A DNA stretch of 55,837 nucleotides, taken from IMG/VR virus record IMGVR_UViG_3300035072_000033, positions 1-55,837 of that record; one strand, 5' to 3'. Source of the DNA: a virus (taxonomy: Duplodnaviria > Caudoviricetes). A program made the translations under genes and the position numbers. The notes beneath the pieces were generated by a model. That model saw only the letters and a list, made by a program, of their open reading frames with translations, had not been told where the DNA came from and ran no database searches. The stretch's first letter is position 1. Every line of letters starts with the position of its first letter. Of this stretch, positions 8,439 through 18,212 are shown in pieces.

Positions 8439-9092
8439 TCACTTGTAAAACGCGAGATTGACGGTCGCGGCGGCGCCGGACTGCGACACGAGCTGAATTG
8501 CGGAAAGCGAGCCGACGTAAGGCCACGCGACGCCGGCGGAAATCCTCACGCCCACGCTATTGGTCGGGGCCGTGCCGTCGTCGCGATAGCGAATGTCGGC
8601 GCCCCCGATTTCAGGCTCGATGTAAACCAAGGTCGCGCCGGCCGGGATTGAGGCCCCAATCGCCGTCGCCAAGGTTTCCGCCGTCGTCACGCTGACCTGG
8701 TAAACCCCAAGGGGCGTGCGGACGCCATCGACCGTTGACAGCGGAGTAGCGGCCGAACCCGCGAGGCCGTTGGTCACCTGCAGGGTCGCCCCGGCGGATT
8801 GGATCGCCCGCGCCCATACCTGCGAGGTCGTGTTGAATACCCGCGGCTGCGTCGCCGGTTGCGACAGATCGAGCGGCTCGCCGAGCGCGCTGGCCGACGG
8901 CTGCGCGTCGGCGACGATCAGATAGACGCCGGCGACGCTGTTCAGGCTGACCTGCAACGGCCCCGAGCCCAACGAGATATAGGCGCCGTTGGTCGGCGAA
9001 TATTGCGTGGTGTAGGTCGTCGCCAGCGCCGGGCCGATCGCCGCGAGGGCGAGCGCCAGCGCCGCGACGGCGAGCCGCGTCAAGAAGTTCAT
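8439..9092 (-). CDS. Hypothetical beta-rich protein with signal peptide
   Basis: MNFLTRLAVAALALALAAIGPALA leader; tail-gene context. Confidence 0.75.
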   Translation of the reverse strand: MNFLTRLAVAALALALAAIGPALATTYTTQYSPTNGAYISLGSGPLQVSLNSVAGVYLIVADAQPSASALGEPLDLSQPATQPRVFNTTSQVWARAIQSAGATLQVTNGLAGSAATPLSTVDGVRTPLGVYQVSVTTAETLATAIGASIPAGATLVYIEPEIGGADIRYRDDGTAPTNSVGVRISAGVAWPYVGSLSAIQLVSQSGAAATVNLAFYK

Positions 9093-9108
9093 ATCGGGTC
9101 CCCGAGGT

Positions 9109-9531
9109 TTAAGGAATGGTCACCGGCTGCGCCGGCCAGCTGGTCGAGCCGGTCTGCTCGTCGACGACGACGGCGGAGGCGAATTTGCCGATCGCTTCGG
9201 CGAAGCTCTGGAACTGGGCGACGGTGAAGGTGTGGAACGCGCCGGATGCGTCGGGCCACGCCAGCGAGGCCGTTCCGTTGAGGAACTCGCCGGTCGCCAG
9301 GATGGAGGCGACCTCCGATGTCAGGTCGTCCTGAACGGGCGGCGTGATCGAATATGTCCCATTCAGCGCCGGCGCGCCGGTCGAGACGATTTGCAGCGTC
9401 GTCGGGGGCCGCGCGGCGGCCAGCGCCGCTTGCCAGGCGGCGACTTGCCCCGATGTGGCGGCGCTGTCGCCAACGCGCATGTCGCCCGCGTAGATCGAAC
9501 CGTCGACGGCGCTGATCCAATAGCTCGCCAT
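9109..9531 (-). CDS. Tail fibre-associated or assembly protein
   Basis: Start overlaps the fibre gene stop; WPDASG motif; position after the fibre gene. Confidence 0.6.
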   Translation of the reverse strand: MASYWISAVDGSIYAGDMRVGDSAATSGQVAAWQAALAAARPPTTLQIVSTGAPALNGTYSITPPVQDDLTSEVASILATGEFLNGTASLAWPDASGAFHTFTVAQFQSFAEAIGKFASAVVVDEQTGSTSWPAQPVTIP

Positions 9532-11051
9532 CACCAGCCCCGCGCCGCCTTGAGACGATAGGCCCATTGCGACGTGGTGAGCGCTATGGTGCTGGCGCCG
9601 TATTTGTCTAGCATCGAATAGTTTTGCCCGGTCGTCGTCGCCCAATTGGCGCTGTTGCGATCGACGGCGACAATTGCCTGCGGATAACTGATTGTATTTC
9701 CCCGCAACGGCATGACGTCGCCTACGGAATAGCCATTATTCGCCGTCAGGCATTGGATGTAGATTTCGGCCTCGTCAGGGACGAGGCCCAGATTATGATT
9801 GAAATTCGTCGGGGTTCCCGATGGCGTCGGCAGCGTCGCGTTCCACGGCCCCTCGTAAATTCCATTGTATGCATAGGCCTTGGCGCTGGTCACCGTCGAC
9901 GGGCCGGTGACGCATTCGCCGACGAACACCAGCGGCGTGGCCGGCGCGATCGAGCCATTGCCCATGTAGCCGGTCATCTGGGAAATATTGAAGGTGAATT
10001 GCCCGTTCGTCGTGCTCGGCGTCCCGCCCCATTGATAGATCGGCTGGTGCGAGGTGAAGCCCTTCGCACCGGTGCTGGCGTTGACATAGAAATAGAGCGT
10101 CGAATTGGCGGTGAGGCTCGACCAGGAAAGATTCGACGTCGAGCCGAAGCCGTAATCCGTTGGCCCTTGCGACGTGAAGCCTTGCGCCGCCGTGGCGACG
10201 AACGGGGCCGAGGACGAGACGTTCTGCGTCGTCAGCGCGAGCGAGCCGAATGTCGCCGGGAACAGCGTCGGCAGGCCGTTGGCGTCGACCGGGCCGGCGG
10301 CAACGGTCTGGCGCACCACGAATTGCGGAGGCACCGTCACCGGCGCCGGCGTGCCGGACAGGTCGCCATAGGCTCCCGACGCCGCGACCATCGCGAGCCC
10401 CAAGGCCGCGCGCTGCGCCGCCGCGCTTGCCCCGATGAGCAATGCGCGGCCAAAAGCAGTGGCGTCGGCGATGTCGCTCGAATTTACGGTCTTGCCGCGC
10501 AGCTTGTTCCAGACGCCATTATAGAAATAGGCGAAGTCGCCGACGTTCCAGCTTGTTATGCCGTCGAGCGCGGTCGTTCCGGCCGTCGACACCACGTAGA
10601 GATAACCGGCCGTTCCCGTTCCGGAGGCCAGCGCCGGGGAATTGGTGTTGGCGTTCCATGTCCCGAGCGGCAGCATCGCGCCGACGGCGGCCAGCGCCAG
10701 CGCCGTCCATTTGGTCGGGTCGAACGAGCCGCCGCTGGTGTGGGACGTCGTGCAGACATAGGTCGTGCCGCTATAGATCACCAGCGACGCGGGCGCGGTG
10801 GCGCTATAGGCCGTCGACGCCGCCCAAGCCAAGACTCCGGCCCACGGCGACGCCAGCAGTTGCGCCCAGTCGGGTCCGACGCCCGGCGTCGCCGAGGTCT
10901 GCGTGGTCGCGAACCACAGCGCGCCGCCATAGCTCGCGACCGAACCCTTGGCGTAATCGCCGGCGGTCCATGCGCCGCCCGAGACCGGATGCAACCCCCA
11001 GGCGTCGAGATTGGCCGAGTCGGTGATGTCGACGACGATTTGCGTGGGCAT
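9531..11051 (-). CDS. Tail fibre / receptor-binding protein with CBM5/12-like repeats
   Basis: W..DY..G..ASY.G..W and WAASTAY...VIYSG.TY.C..SHTS...W chitin-binding-type repeats; GTWNA.TN.P motif. Confidence 0.75.
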   Translation of the reverse strand: MPTQIVVDITDSANLDAWGLHPVSGGAWTAGDYAKGSVASYGGALWFATTQTSATPGVGPDWAQLLASPWAGVLAWAASTAYSATAPASLVIYSGTTYVCTTSHTSGGSFDPTKWTALALAAVGAMLPLGTWNANTNSPALASGTGTAGYLYVVSTAGTTALDGITSWNVGDFAYFYNGVWNKLRGKTVNSSDIADATAFGRALLIGASAAAQRAALGLAMVAASGAYGDLSGTPAPVTVPPQFVVRQTVAAGPVDANGLPTLFPATFGSLALTTQNVSSSAPFVATAAQGFTSQGPTDYGFGSTSNLSWSSLTANSTLYFYVNASTGAKGFTSHQPIYQWGGTPSTTNGQFTFNISQMTGYMGNGSIAPATPLVFVGECVTGPSTVTSAKAYAYNGIYEGPWNATLPTPSGTPTNFNHNLGLVPDEAEIYIQCLTANNGYSVGDVMPLRGNTISYPQAIVAVDRNSANWATTTGQNYSMLDKYGASTIALTTSQWAYRLKAARGW

Positions 11052-11065
11052 TCAGCCGCCTCGGT

Positions 11066-11995
11066 TCAGGAAATTCTGGTTAAGAAAATCTGCAAGCAAG
11101 TCCAGTTCGGGCGATTGACAAACCAACCGGAGATTTTCCAGTCTCCGGTCAATGACCCGAACCATGATTGATATGACGTGGCCTCGCCGTAATTATTGCC
11201 GCCGAGGTCGTAGCCGGATTCGTTTTGCATGTATTGCGTGCTGTCGCCCGAAAACGGCACGGTTCCACTCATGATTTGGGCGGCGGTGACGACCTGACCT
11301 ATCGTCAGGCCGACCGGATTGCTCAGATGATAAGCTGTGCTCCCGGTCAAGCCGACCATTATGCAAATCCATTGGCCGACGTCGGTGCCGGGCCCTCCCT
11401 GGCCAATCGCCGCCAATGGCGCGCCAGGCGACCCGTCGCCGGAGATCGTCACGCCGTCGGAGACGACGCGCGTGGTCGGCAACGCCAGACGAAACGCGGT
11501 TCCGTCGAAAACGGCGGCGTTGAGCTTGCCGGCCGCCGCGTCACCATTCTGAAGCGGCGTGCCGTCCGGCCGCGTGAGGTTCTTGGTGACATTGCCGCTC
11601 GGCGTCAGATTGATGGTCAGCGACGAGGGGCCGGTGACCGGATTCAATGGGAGGAAAAAGATCGTGAAGCCGACGCCGACGCCGGCGCAGGTTGGCGAAG
11701 GCGTCAGAATATAGGCGTTGGCGAGGCCGGAATCGACGCCGTAATGCACCAGCGAGGCGTCGGACGGCGCGCCGCTCGGCGTCGGGATCAGCGTGAGAAT
11801 CGCCTGATAAAGCTGATTGAGTTGCGCCCCGTCGGGCGTGAGCCCCGCGCCGGTGATGACCGCGAGGAGTTCCGCCTGCACGTTATTGAAAAACGCCGCC
11901 GGCGGCACCGAGCCGTCGACGCCGGCGGCGGCGTTCATGTCGACAAAGGGCGCGGCCGGATTCGAGGGCTGATCGAATGGTTGAAGATATTTCAC
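11066..11995 (-). CDS. Tail fibre protein
   Basis: GSVPPAAFFNNVQAEL..VI..AGLTPD...NQLYQAI Mu-type fibre N-terminus; GTG start with GGAG RBS. Confidence 0.85.
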   Translation of the reverse strand: MKYLQPFDQPSNPAAPFVDMNAAAGVDGSVPPAAFFNNVQAELLAVITGAGLTPDGAQLNQLYQAILTLIPTPSGAPSDASLVHYGVDSGLANAYILTPSPTCAGVGVGFTIFFLPLNPVTGPSSLTINLTPSGNVTKNLTRPDGTPLQNGDAAAGKLNAAVFDGTAFRLALPTTRVVSDGVTISGDGSPGAPLAAIGQGGPGTDVGQWICIMVGLTGSTAYHLSNPVGLTIGQVVTAAQIMSGTVPFSGDSTQYMQNESGYDLGGNNYGEATSYQSWFGSLTGDWKISGWFVNRPNWTCLQIFLTRIS

Positions 11996-12018
11996 GGGGC
12001 GGCTCCAGGATCGTCGGA

Positions 12019-12381
12019 TCAGGTGTAGGAAATCGCCAGCGTCTGGCCGGAGCCGGGGACCAGCACGATCCCGACCGCGTGCGGCCAGTCGAAGCTGTAA
12101 ACGCCGACGGTGTTGGGGATCACGCCGACCTGGTTCGCCGTCGCCGCCGCGCCCGTCGTCGCGCAATCGTTGAGCGTGCCCACCGCCGAACCGGCGACGA
12201 TCACCGAGACCTTGTAGGCGCGGCCTGGCGCGGCCTTGACCAGCGTCGCGGCGGTGATGTCGAGATGCGAATATTGGCCCGCTTCGCTCTGCACCCGGCT
12301 CATGTTGACGCCGCTCGGGTCGAGGAAGGTGGCGAGCGATTGAAGCAGGCCCGCCGCGTCGAGGATCTGAAGAGCCGCCAT
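12019..12381 (-). CDS. Hypothetical structural protein
   Basis: Beta-rich, in baseplate operon. Confidence 0.7.
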   Translation of the reverse strand: MAALQILDAAGLLQSLATFLDPSGVNMSRVQSEAGQYSHLDITAATLVKAAPGRAYKVSVIVAGSAVGTLNDCATTGAAATANQVGVIPNTVGVYSFDWPHAVGIVLVPGSGQTLAISYT

Positions 12382-12384
12382 GGA

Positions 12385-13158
12385 TCACCCGAGCGAGAGA
12401 GGGACAATGTTGCCGGAATAGGCCGACCGCGAGAAATTCGCGCCGCCGGTGTAGCGATAACGGAAGACGATCTGCGTGTGCGCCGGCTTCCATTTGTCGA
12501 GCATGCATTCAAGGTCGAGATGGCGGCCGAAGGCGCCGAGCGGCGTCAGGCCGCATCGCCCCTGGCCGCAGCGAAAATAGCTGACGGTCGGCGTCGTGAT
12601 ATTGACGCGCCAGAAAACCTCGTTGATCGCCAGCCCGATCCCGTCCTTGCCGCAGCGCCCGACGCCGCAGCGAAACGGGATATATTCGTCGACGGTGATC
12701 GAATAGCCGAGCGACGCCGCGAGGCAGGTGAAATAGGCGATCGACTGGCCGCCCTGGTCCATGATCTTGGAGCGCAGAATGATCTTGCGCTGGGCGACCG
12801 GGAAGGTCTCGAAGGCGGTGCAGGGATCCGGCAGGCCCCATTCGGCCTCCCAATCCTCCAGCGCGTCATTGTCGGGGTCTTCCGGCCCCGACAGCGTGCA
12901 AGCGGTCGAGGCCAGCGCCAGCTTCCACAGCTTGCCATAGAGCCACGCCACCGGCGTCGCGACGGCCGTCCAGAAGCGATGCTGGAAGCTGTTGTCGTCG
13001 GCGTCCTGCGTTTCGTCGGTGCGCCAGGCCGGTCCGCGCGGCGTCTGGGCGATGATCGACGGCAGCAGCTGCCCAGCGGTCGGCGCGGTCAGCGCGTCGG
13101 CGAACGGCCGCGGCGGCGCCGGCGGCGGCGCGCAAACGATGGGCGCGGGAAAGGTCAT
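12385..13158 (-). CDS. Baseplate wedge protein, Mu gp48/YmfQ (DUF2313) family
   Basis: PRGPAW, LEDWE.EWGLPDPC, GGQSIAYF, KPAHT. Confidence 0.9.
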   Translation of the reverse strand: MTFPAPIVCAPPPAPPRPFADALTAPTAGQLLPSIIAQTPRGPAWRTDETQDADDNSFQHRFWTAVATPVAWLYGKLWKLALASTACTLSGPEDPDNDALEDWEAEWGLPDPCTAFETFPVAQRKIILRSKIMDQGGQSIAYFTCLAASLGYSITVDEYIPFRCGVGRCGKDGIGLAINEVFWRVNITTPTVSYFRCGQGRCGLTPLGAFGRHLDLECMLDKWKPAHTQIVFRYRYTGGANFSRSAYSGNIVPLSLG

Positions 13159-14264
13159 GAGCCGAAGTCGATATTGCCGAGGATCGGCAGTTGACCCGGC
13201 GTGAAGGCGACTTCAGTTCCCTGCGGCTGCACCAGGTCGGAGCGCACATAGCCCGTGCTGCGCGCGATGGCCTCACCAATCCATTGAGTGGGCAGCGTGA
13301 AGGCGTTCGACGCGGTGACGACGGGGCAGCGCTCGAATATCATCGCCGTGAGATTCTTGGTGATCGAGGCGCGCAGCGTCGGCGAATCGTTTTGCAGATT
13401 GGAGATCTGGACGTTGACCGGCGTCGGCCGCGCGGCGGCGAGATAGACGCGCGAGGTCACCGGCCGCAACGGATCGATATATTGCGCGACGGCGAGCAGA
13501 TCGAACGCCGTCGGCACGCCATTGACGCGGGTGTCGTCGAACAGCGGATAAATGGTCAGCGGGACCGCCGCCTGCGTCGGCTCGGTGACCAGAAACGGCG
13601 AGACGAAGCAACGGGTGACGCCGGGGACTTCCAGCGCCCACTGTTCATAATCCGAGGCCGAGCCGCCATGCGGCGGAGCCTGCTTGCGCAGTAGCACGCG
13701 GGCGCGCAGCTCGTCGTCGGTCTCGACATCGGCGCCGCCGCCCATTCCCTGCGGCCCGACCGTCCCCGCGCCCGGCATCGACGGGTAAAGCGAATTGGCC
13801 GCGAACACGACCGGCGTGTTCGGCAGCTGATTGGTGATCGCGCCATTGGTCGTCGCCTGCGCTTGCACCGTGCAATTGCCATTGCCGTCGGGAACGGCCG
13901 TCGCGAGGAAGGCGTAGATGACGCCGTTCGGCGCGGTGAAATTGTAACCGGCCGGGATGGTGGCGAAAGGCGCGGTTTGCTGGAACGAAACATAGCCGAT
14001 CGCCGGCGCCGACGGCTTGCGCGCCAGGCCGAGTTCGAACGCATGGCGATATTCGAGATGATAGCCGTCGGCGCTTGATGCGAACAGCTGGCGGTAGAGG
14101 TAATTGACCCGCTCGTAGACCGATTCGATGATCAGCGAGAAGGCGCGGCCGACCACCGAAAGATTGTTCGGCTCTATCCAGGCGTCGGTGCCCGGCAAAT
14201 AGGCGCGCATCGCGTTGCGGGTGCGCGTCCAGATGTCGAGCAGGCTCGGCGTTGTGAATGCCAT
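13155..14264 (-). CDS. Baseplate J / Mu gp47 family
   Basis: GGADVETDDELRAR...PPHGGSASDY..WALEVPGV. Confidence 0.93.
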   Translation of the reverse strand: MAFTTPSLLDIWTRTRNAMRAYLPGTDAWIEPNNLSVVGRAFSLIIESVYERVNYLYRQLFASSADGYHLEYRHAFELGLARKPSAPAIGYVSFQQTAPFATIPAGYNFTAPNGVIYAFLATAVPDGNGNCTVQAQATTNGAITNQLPNTPVVFAANSLYPSMPGAGTVGPQGMGGGADVETDDELRARVLLRKQAPPHGGSASDYEQWALEVPGVTRCFVSPFLVTEPTQAAVPLTIYPLFDDTRVNGVPTAFDLLAVAQYIDPLRPVTSRVYLAAARPTPVNVQISNLQNDSPTLRASITKNLTAMIFERCPVVTASNAFTLPTQWIGEAIARSTGYVRSDLVQPQGTEVAFTPGQLPILGNIDFGS

Positions 14265-14328
14265 TTATGTCGGGCTCCGCCGTCGCCGATGCGAGATTCT
14301 GTGCTTATCCGGTTTAGACGCACAGCCG

Positions 14329-14766
14329 CTATTCCTTGCCCTCGACATGATCGGCAATTCGGTCACGCGCCTTGGAGAGCAAAGTAACGGCATCGGTCAA
14401 CGCAGGACTGGCACCTGCCTTTTCGACGGCATACATCGCTTCACGGGTTGCTAATTCGGCTGCCGTCAACCAATTCGTGTCGATGCGCGTTGGGATGCCG
14501 TCAAGGCGTTTGGCTGGGCGCACACCACCGTCTTTCTTCCAAGCATCAAGCGCGACGTAGTTGGGATCAGCCGCGCTATCGGCGGCCAGTTTTTCCTTTT
14601 TCCAATCTCGGAACGGACAATATTTGTGCGTGCAAAAGTGCGCGAGCATCATTTCCGATGCTCCTTCCTCGCCCAAGCCGCACTTCGGGCATTTCGTGAG
14701 TTTGCCTACATCCACGGTCTTGCAAAAATCACGAACCCGATCATCGTCTTGTTCAGTCCAAGCCAT
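14329..14766 (-). CDS. Hypothetical protein inserted in the baseplate operon (possible Zn-binding N-domain)
   Basis: AGAGG RBS before ATG 14766; CPKC...CTHKYC; less GC-rich than neighbours. Confidence 0.7.
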   Translation of the reverse strand: MAWTEQDDDRVRDFCKTVDVGKLTKCPKCGLGEEGASEMMLAHFCTHKYCPFRDWKKEKLAADSAADPNYVALDAWKKDGGVRPAKRLDGIPTRIDTNWLTAAELATREAMYAVEKAGASPALTDAVTLLSKARDRIADHVEGKE

Positions 14767-14786
14767 GTCTAGCCTCTTTGTAAGGG

Positions 14787-15455
14787 TCAAGGCGCGAGCG
14801 GAAACAGCACGCCGTTCGACGCCTGCCACATCAGCGAGAAATTCAGCGAGGCGACGAGCGTCCCGTCCTGCTCGTAGGCCTTGACGCGCAATCGCAACTG
14901 GCCCTCGGCCAGCGCCGCCGTCGCCGATATATCGAACGCCGCCACGGCGCCCTGGTCGATCAGCGTCTGCAGCGCCTCTTGCGCGTAAATCTCGGCGAGC
15001 TGCTCGACTTCGGGGGTCAGGATGCTGCGGCGCAGCAGCCACAGCCGCGAGCCGAGCGGCGCGATCGTCGGGTCGATGCCATCGCCGGCCCAGCCGCGCG
15101 GATCGCCGGAGCCATCGGGGATAAAGTCGTTGGCTTCGGCGCGCCGGTCCGACATCAGGCACAGCAGGATCGCCGTCTGCAGCGGCGCGCGCGCGCGAAA
15201 GCCGCCCGACAGCATCGAGCCGTTGATGACTTGCGTCGGGGTTGGCTCGGTCTCGGCCGCCCATTGCGCCGCCCAAGGCGCGTTCCACGCCTGGAACGGC
15301 GGCGCGGCCCAGGCGTTGCCGAAGGGCGGCTCGCCAACATAGGCGCCCGGCGTCAGATCCGGGGCCCAGTCGCCGACGAAGCCGTCCCAGGTCGTGTCCC
15401 ACAAGAGGTTTGGGGCGTTGACCGTCTGCGACAGGACCTCGAGGACCGTGCTCAT
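14787..15455 (-). CDS. Baseplate protein, Mu gp46 family, with Trp-rich insertion
   Basis: LQTAILLCLMSDRRA, RGWAGD, GSRLWLL.R. Confidence 0.9.
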   Translation of the reverse strand: MSTVLEVLSQTVNAPNLLWDTTWDGFVGDWAPDLTPGAYVGEPPFGNAWAAPPFQAWNAPWAAQWAAETEPTPTQVINGSMLSGGFRARAPLQTAILLCLMSDRRAEANDFIPDGSGDPRGWAGDGIDPTIAPLGSRLWLLRRSILTPEVEQLAEIYAQEALQTLIDQGAVAAFDISATAALAEGQLRLRVKAYEQDGTLVASLNFSLMWQASNGVLFPLAP

Positions 15456-15952
15456 AGCGCCGCGAACACCTTGCTCGAGGGACCATTGACGGTCGACACC
15501 GCATAGGTGTTTTTGCCGTCCTTGCTGGCGAGATAGACGTTGCCCTTGACCGAATGCACATAGGCGTGGCCGTTGGCGTCGATCAGCACGGTGCCGTTGG
15601 GCGTCGACACGGTGGTGTCGCCCTTGTTCGTCGTGATTTGGACGCCGTTCTTGCCGGCGAAATAGATGATGTTGCCGGCGGAATCGTAGAGCTTGGCGTC
15701 GCCGGGATTGAGGCCGGTCGGACGGCCCGACTCGCCGCCGAGAAACACCGCGCGCGAGCGCTCGCCGCCGAGCGAGACGACGAGTCCGGTCGAGCCCTTG
15801 GGCGGCGAGGAGGAAAAGCCGAACGGCTGCGGTCGATAGACACCGCTGTGCTGCTCGCCTTGCAGCCCGTGATAGGAGACGGCCTGCTGCGCCTGGCTAT
15901 CGTCGACGTCGATCAATTCGGCAAGCGCGGCGAGGGGATGATAGCCGCGCAT
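15452..15952 (-). CDS. Baseplate spike, Mu gp45 family
   Basis: QPFGFSSSPP.G..G.V..LGG.RS, L.PGD..LYD. Confidence 0.9.
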   Translation of the reverse strand: MRGYHPLAALAELIDVDDSQAQQAVSYHGLQGEQHSGVYRPQPFGFSSSPPKGSTGLVVSLGGERSRAVFLGGESGRPTGLNPGDAKLYDSAGNIIYFAGKNGVQITTNKGDTTVSTPNGTVLIDANGHAYVHSVKGNVYLASKDGKNTYAVSTVNGPSSKVFAAL

Positions 15953-17002
15953 TTAGCCCGTCTCCCAAGCCGAATTGGAATCGCCGCCGGCGCTCTTGCC
16001 GCCGAGCGCCTTGGGATCGACCATCGACAATTCGGCGATCGTGCCGTCGCCGCTGTTCTGCCGAAAATGCACGTGTTGCAGCGCCATCATCTGCGCGATC
16101 TTCAGCTTTTGGCTTTCGACGTAATAGAGCTTTTCCGGATCCCACAGATTGCCGTCGCCGTCGCGCCAGCCCATCACGGTGATTTCCGCCGTGGTGCACC
16201 AGCCGGCGTCGCGCGCCACCTGCCATTGCGCCCGCTGCTGCACGCGCTGCTGGTCGGTGTCGCCCTCGACGATGACGATCTTCGGTCGATAGCGTTGCAC
16301 GGTCGAATCCGGCGCGATGAATTCGAGCCGCAGCGATTGCGACCCGGAGCCCTTGCTCTTCTGGCCGCGCGCGTGAACCTTGTCGTGCTTGTGCTTTTCC
16401 GACAGCTTGGCCGAGGCGTGCTTGATGTTGACGCCCTCCATCAGATAGCCGCCGCCCATCTGAAAATTATCGGCCTTGGTCAGCTTGATGTTGCCGTCGG
16501 CCGTGCCGATCAGCAGCGCGCCGGCCTGCCGCGCCAGCACTTCCAGCTCCTCGAACACGCTGGAGCCGGGCGCCAGTCGCCACACCGGGATCGGCTGCAA
16601 ATTGCTTAGGTCCGTGGTCAGCTGCAATCCAAACGGCTGCAACAGGTCCTTGGCGATGTCGGTGAATTTCTTGTTGAGCCATTCGCCGCTTTGATGCACG
16701 GCGGAAGAGTCGACGATGTCCTTGGCTTTCGAGCGCGCGTAGATCGCCGCTATGTGCGATTCCCCGTCGAACTCCGGGCAATAATCGTCGACGTAGCCGG
16801 TCAGCATGGCGTCGCCGCCGGCCCTCACGGTGATTTGCGCGCCGGGCTGGAACACCCAGGCGGCGGAAATCGCCTGATTGGGCTCGGCGGCGATGATCTC
16901 GCATCTGCGCACCGCCTTGGCCGCGCCGGCCTCGACCGACACGCTCTCCCAGGTCGAATAGCTCTGGCCGCCGACCTCGACGGTGATGTTTTCAAGCGCC
17001 AT
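15953..17002 (-). CDS. Baseplate hub, Mu gp44/gpP family
   Basis: MALENITVEVGG...WESVSV, TGYVD, KDIVDSS. Confidence 0.9.
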   Translation of the reverse strand: MALENITVEVGGQSYSTWESVSVEAGAAKAVRRCEIIAAEPNQAISAAWVFQPGAQITVRAGGDAMLTGYVDDYCPEFDGESHIAAIYARSKAKDIVDSSAVHQSGEWLNKKFTDIAKDLLQPFGLQLTTDLSNLQPIPVWRLAPGSSVFEELEVLARQAGALLIGTADGNIKLTKADNFQMGGGYLMEGVNIKHASAKLSEKHKHDKVHARGQKSKGSGSQSLRLEFIAPDSTVQRYRPKIVIVEGDTDQQRVQQRAQWQVARDAGWCTTAEITVMGWRDGDGNLWDPEKLYYVESQKLKIAQMMALQHVHFRQNSGDGTIAELSMVDPKALGGKSAGGDSNSAWETG

Positions 17003-18204
17003 CAGCTCGCCGCTGCCTCGAACACCGTCGGCATGAAGCAGGGCGTCTCGACCTGGTTGCGATCGACCAGCTCCTGCCCGCGCGTCGGATCGCCATAGAG
17101 CCGCCACGCCAACACGTTCGAGGGCAGCGAGGCGTTGAGGCTAAAGAGCAGGATCGGCGCGAGATTGGTGATCTTTTGCGAGACATATCGCGCGGCGGCG
17201 CCGAACATCGCTTCGAACGCCGCCGCCGCGTCGGCGCCGAGACTGGCATAATAGGGGCCGACCGTATCGGCCAGCGCGGCGATCCGCGCGCGCGCCGCGA
17301 TGGCGTCCTGGCGATTGGTGTAGGCGGCCGTCGCCAGCGCGCGCGTGGCCTGCGCGGTCAGCGCGGCGGCGCCGGCCAGCGGCGCGATGAAGATCAGCGG
17401 CGAAAGCCCCCAGGTCGTTCGCAGATCGCTCGCCGCCGTCAGCAGCGTCGCGGCGGCGTTGCTCAGCACATTGGCGACCTGGTTGGGCGTCGCGGCCCCG
17501 GCCTGCGCGGCGACCATCGCGTCGAGCTGATTGAACAGCCTCGCCGCAACGGCCCCCGGATCGACCGATGGACCGCCGTCGAGCGACAGCACGCTCGCGG
17601 CGATGGCCGTCCGCGCCGCGCTGGACACCGCGTCGGGCAGCACCAGCGACTGACGCGCGGTCTCGATCACCGCGCCGACATTGCCGACGGCGGTCGCCAT
17701 GTCCGCACGCGCGAAGCCGGATCGCGGCTGGCCGATCAGCGCGGTCGAGATCGCCGCGCCGAGCGTCGCGCCGAGGCCCGAACCCATCGCGGCGAGCGTC
17801 GCCGCGCCAAGCCCCAGCGGCGCCGGCGCGTTGGCCGGGTTCTCGCCGATGAACACCATCGAAAAGCCGACGTAATTCAGCTTTTCCTGACCCCAGGCCG
17901 GGTCCCAGCTTTTGACGCGCGCCTGAAACGCCCCGAACATCGGCAGGATCAGCAGGCCGGGGCCTTGTTGCGCCAGCCGCGCCCGCAACGCCGCCGAATC
18001 CGTGTCGGCGGTCTCGGACAGGAAATAGGCCGTCAGCTCGTAGCGGTCGGCGCAGCGGCCGAGGTCTTCATTATCCCAGCGCTCGGAGCCCGGATATTCG
18101 TGGGTGATGACGCGCCGCGCGCCGGGAATGCGCTGCGCGTCGACATAGAACACGATGCCGTCGAACGACGCCGGCGGCATCCGCCAATCGCGACCCTGGG
18201 CCAT
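17002..18204 (-). CDS. DNA circularisation protein, Mu gpN family
   Basis: ASFDGIVFYV...HEYP...EDLG; C-terminal LAWRLYGD.TR..ELV.RN. Confidence 0.92.
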   Translation of the reverse strand: MAQGRDWRMPPASFDGIVFYVDAQRIPGARRVITHEYPGSERWDNEDLGRCADRYELTAYFLSETADTDSAALRARLAQQGPGLLILPMFGAFQARVKSWDPAWGQEKLNYVGFSMVFIGENPANAPAPLGLGAATLAAMGSGLGATLGAAISTALIGQPRSGFARADMATAVGNVGAVIETARQSLVLPDAVSSAARTAIAASVLSLDGGPSVDPGAVAARLFNQLDAMVAAQAGAATPNQVANVLSNAAATLLTAASDLRTTWGLSPLIFIAPLAGAAALTAQATRALATAAYTNRQDAIAARARIAALADTVGPYYASLGADAAAAFEAMFGAAARYVSQKITNLAPILLFSLNASLPSNVLAWRLYGDPTRGQELVDRNQVETPCFMPTVFEAAAS

Positions 18205-18212
18205 GCGCGTTC

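Noticed and set aside
6824-12000. Diversity-generating retroelement or invertible fibre cassette
   Set aside because: No reverse transcriptase, invertase, TR/VR pair or flanking inverted sites seen
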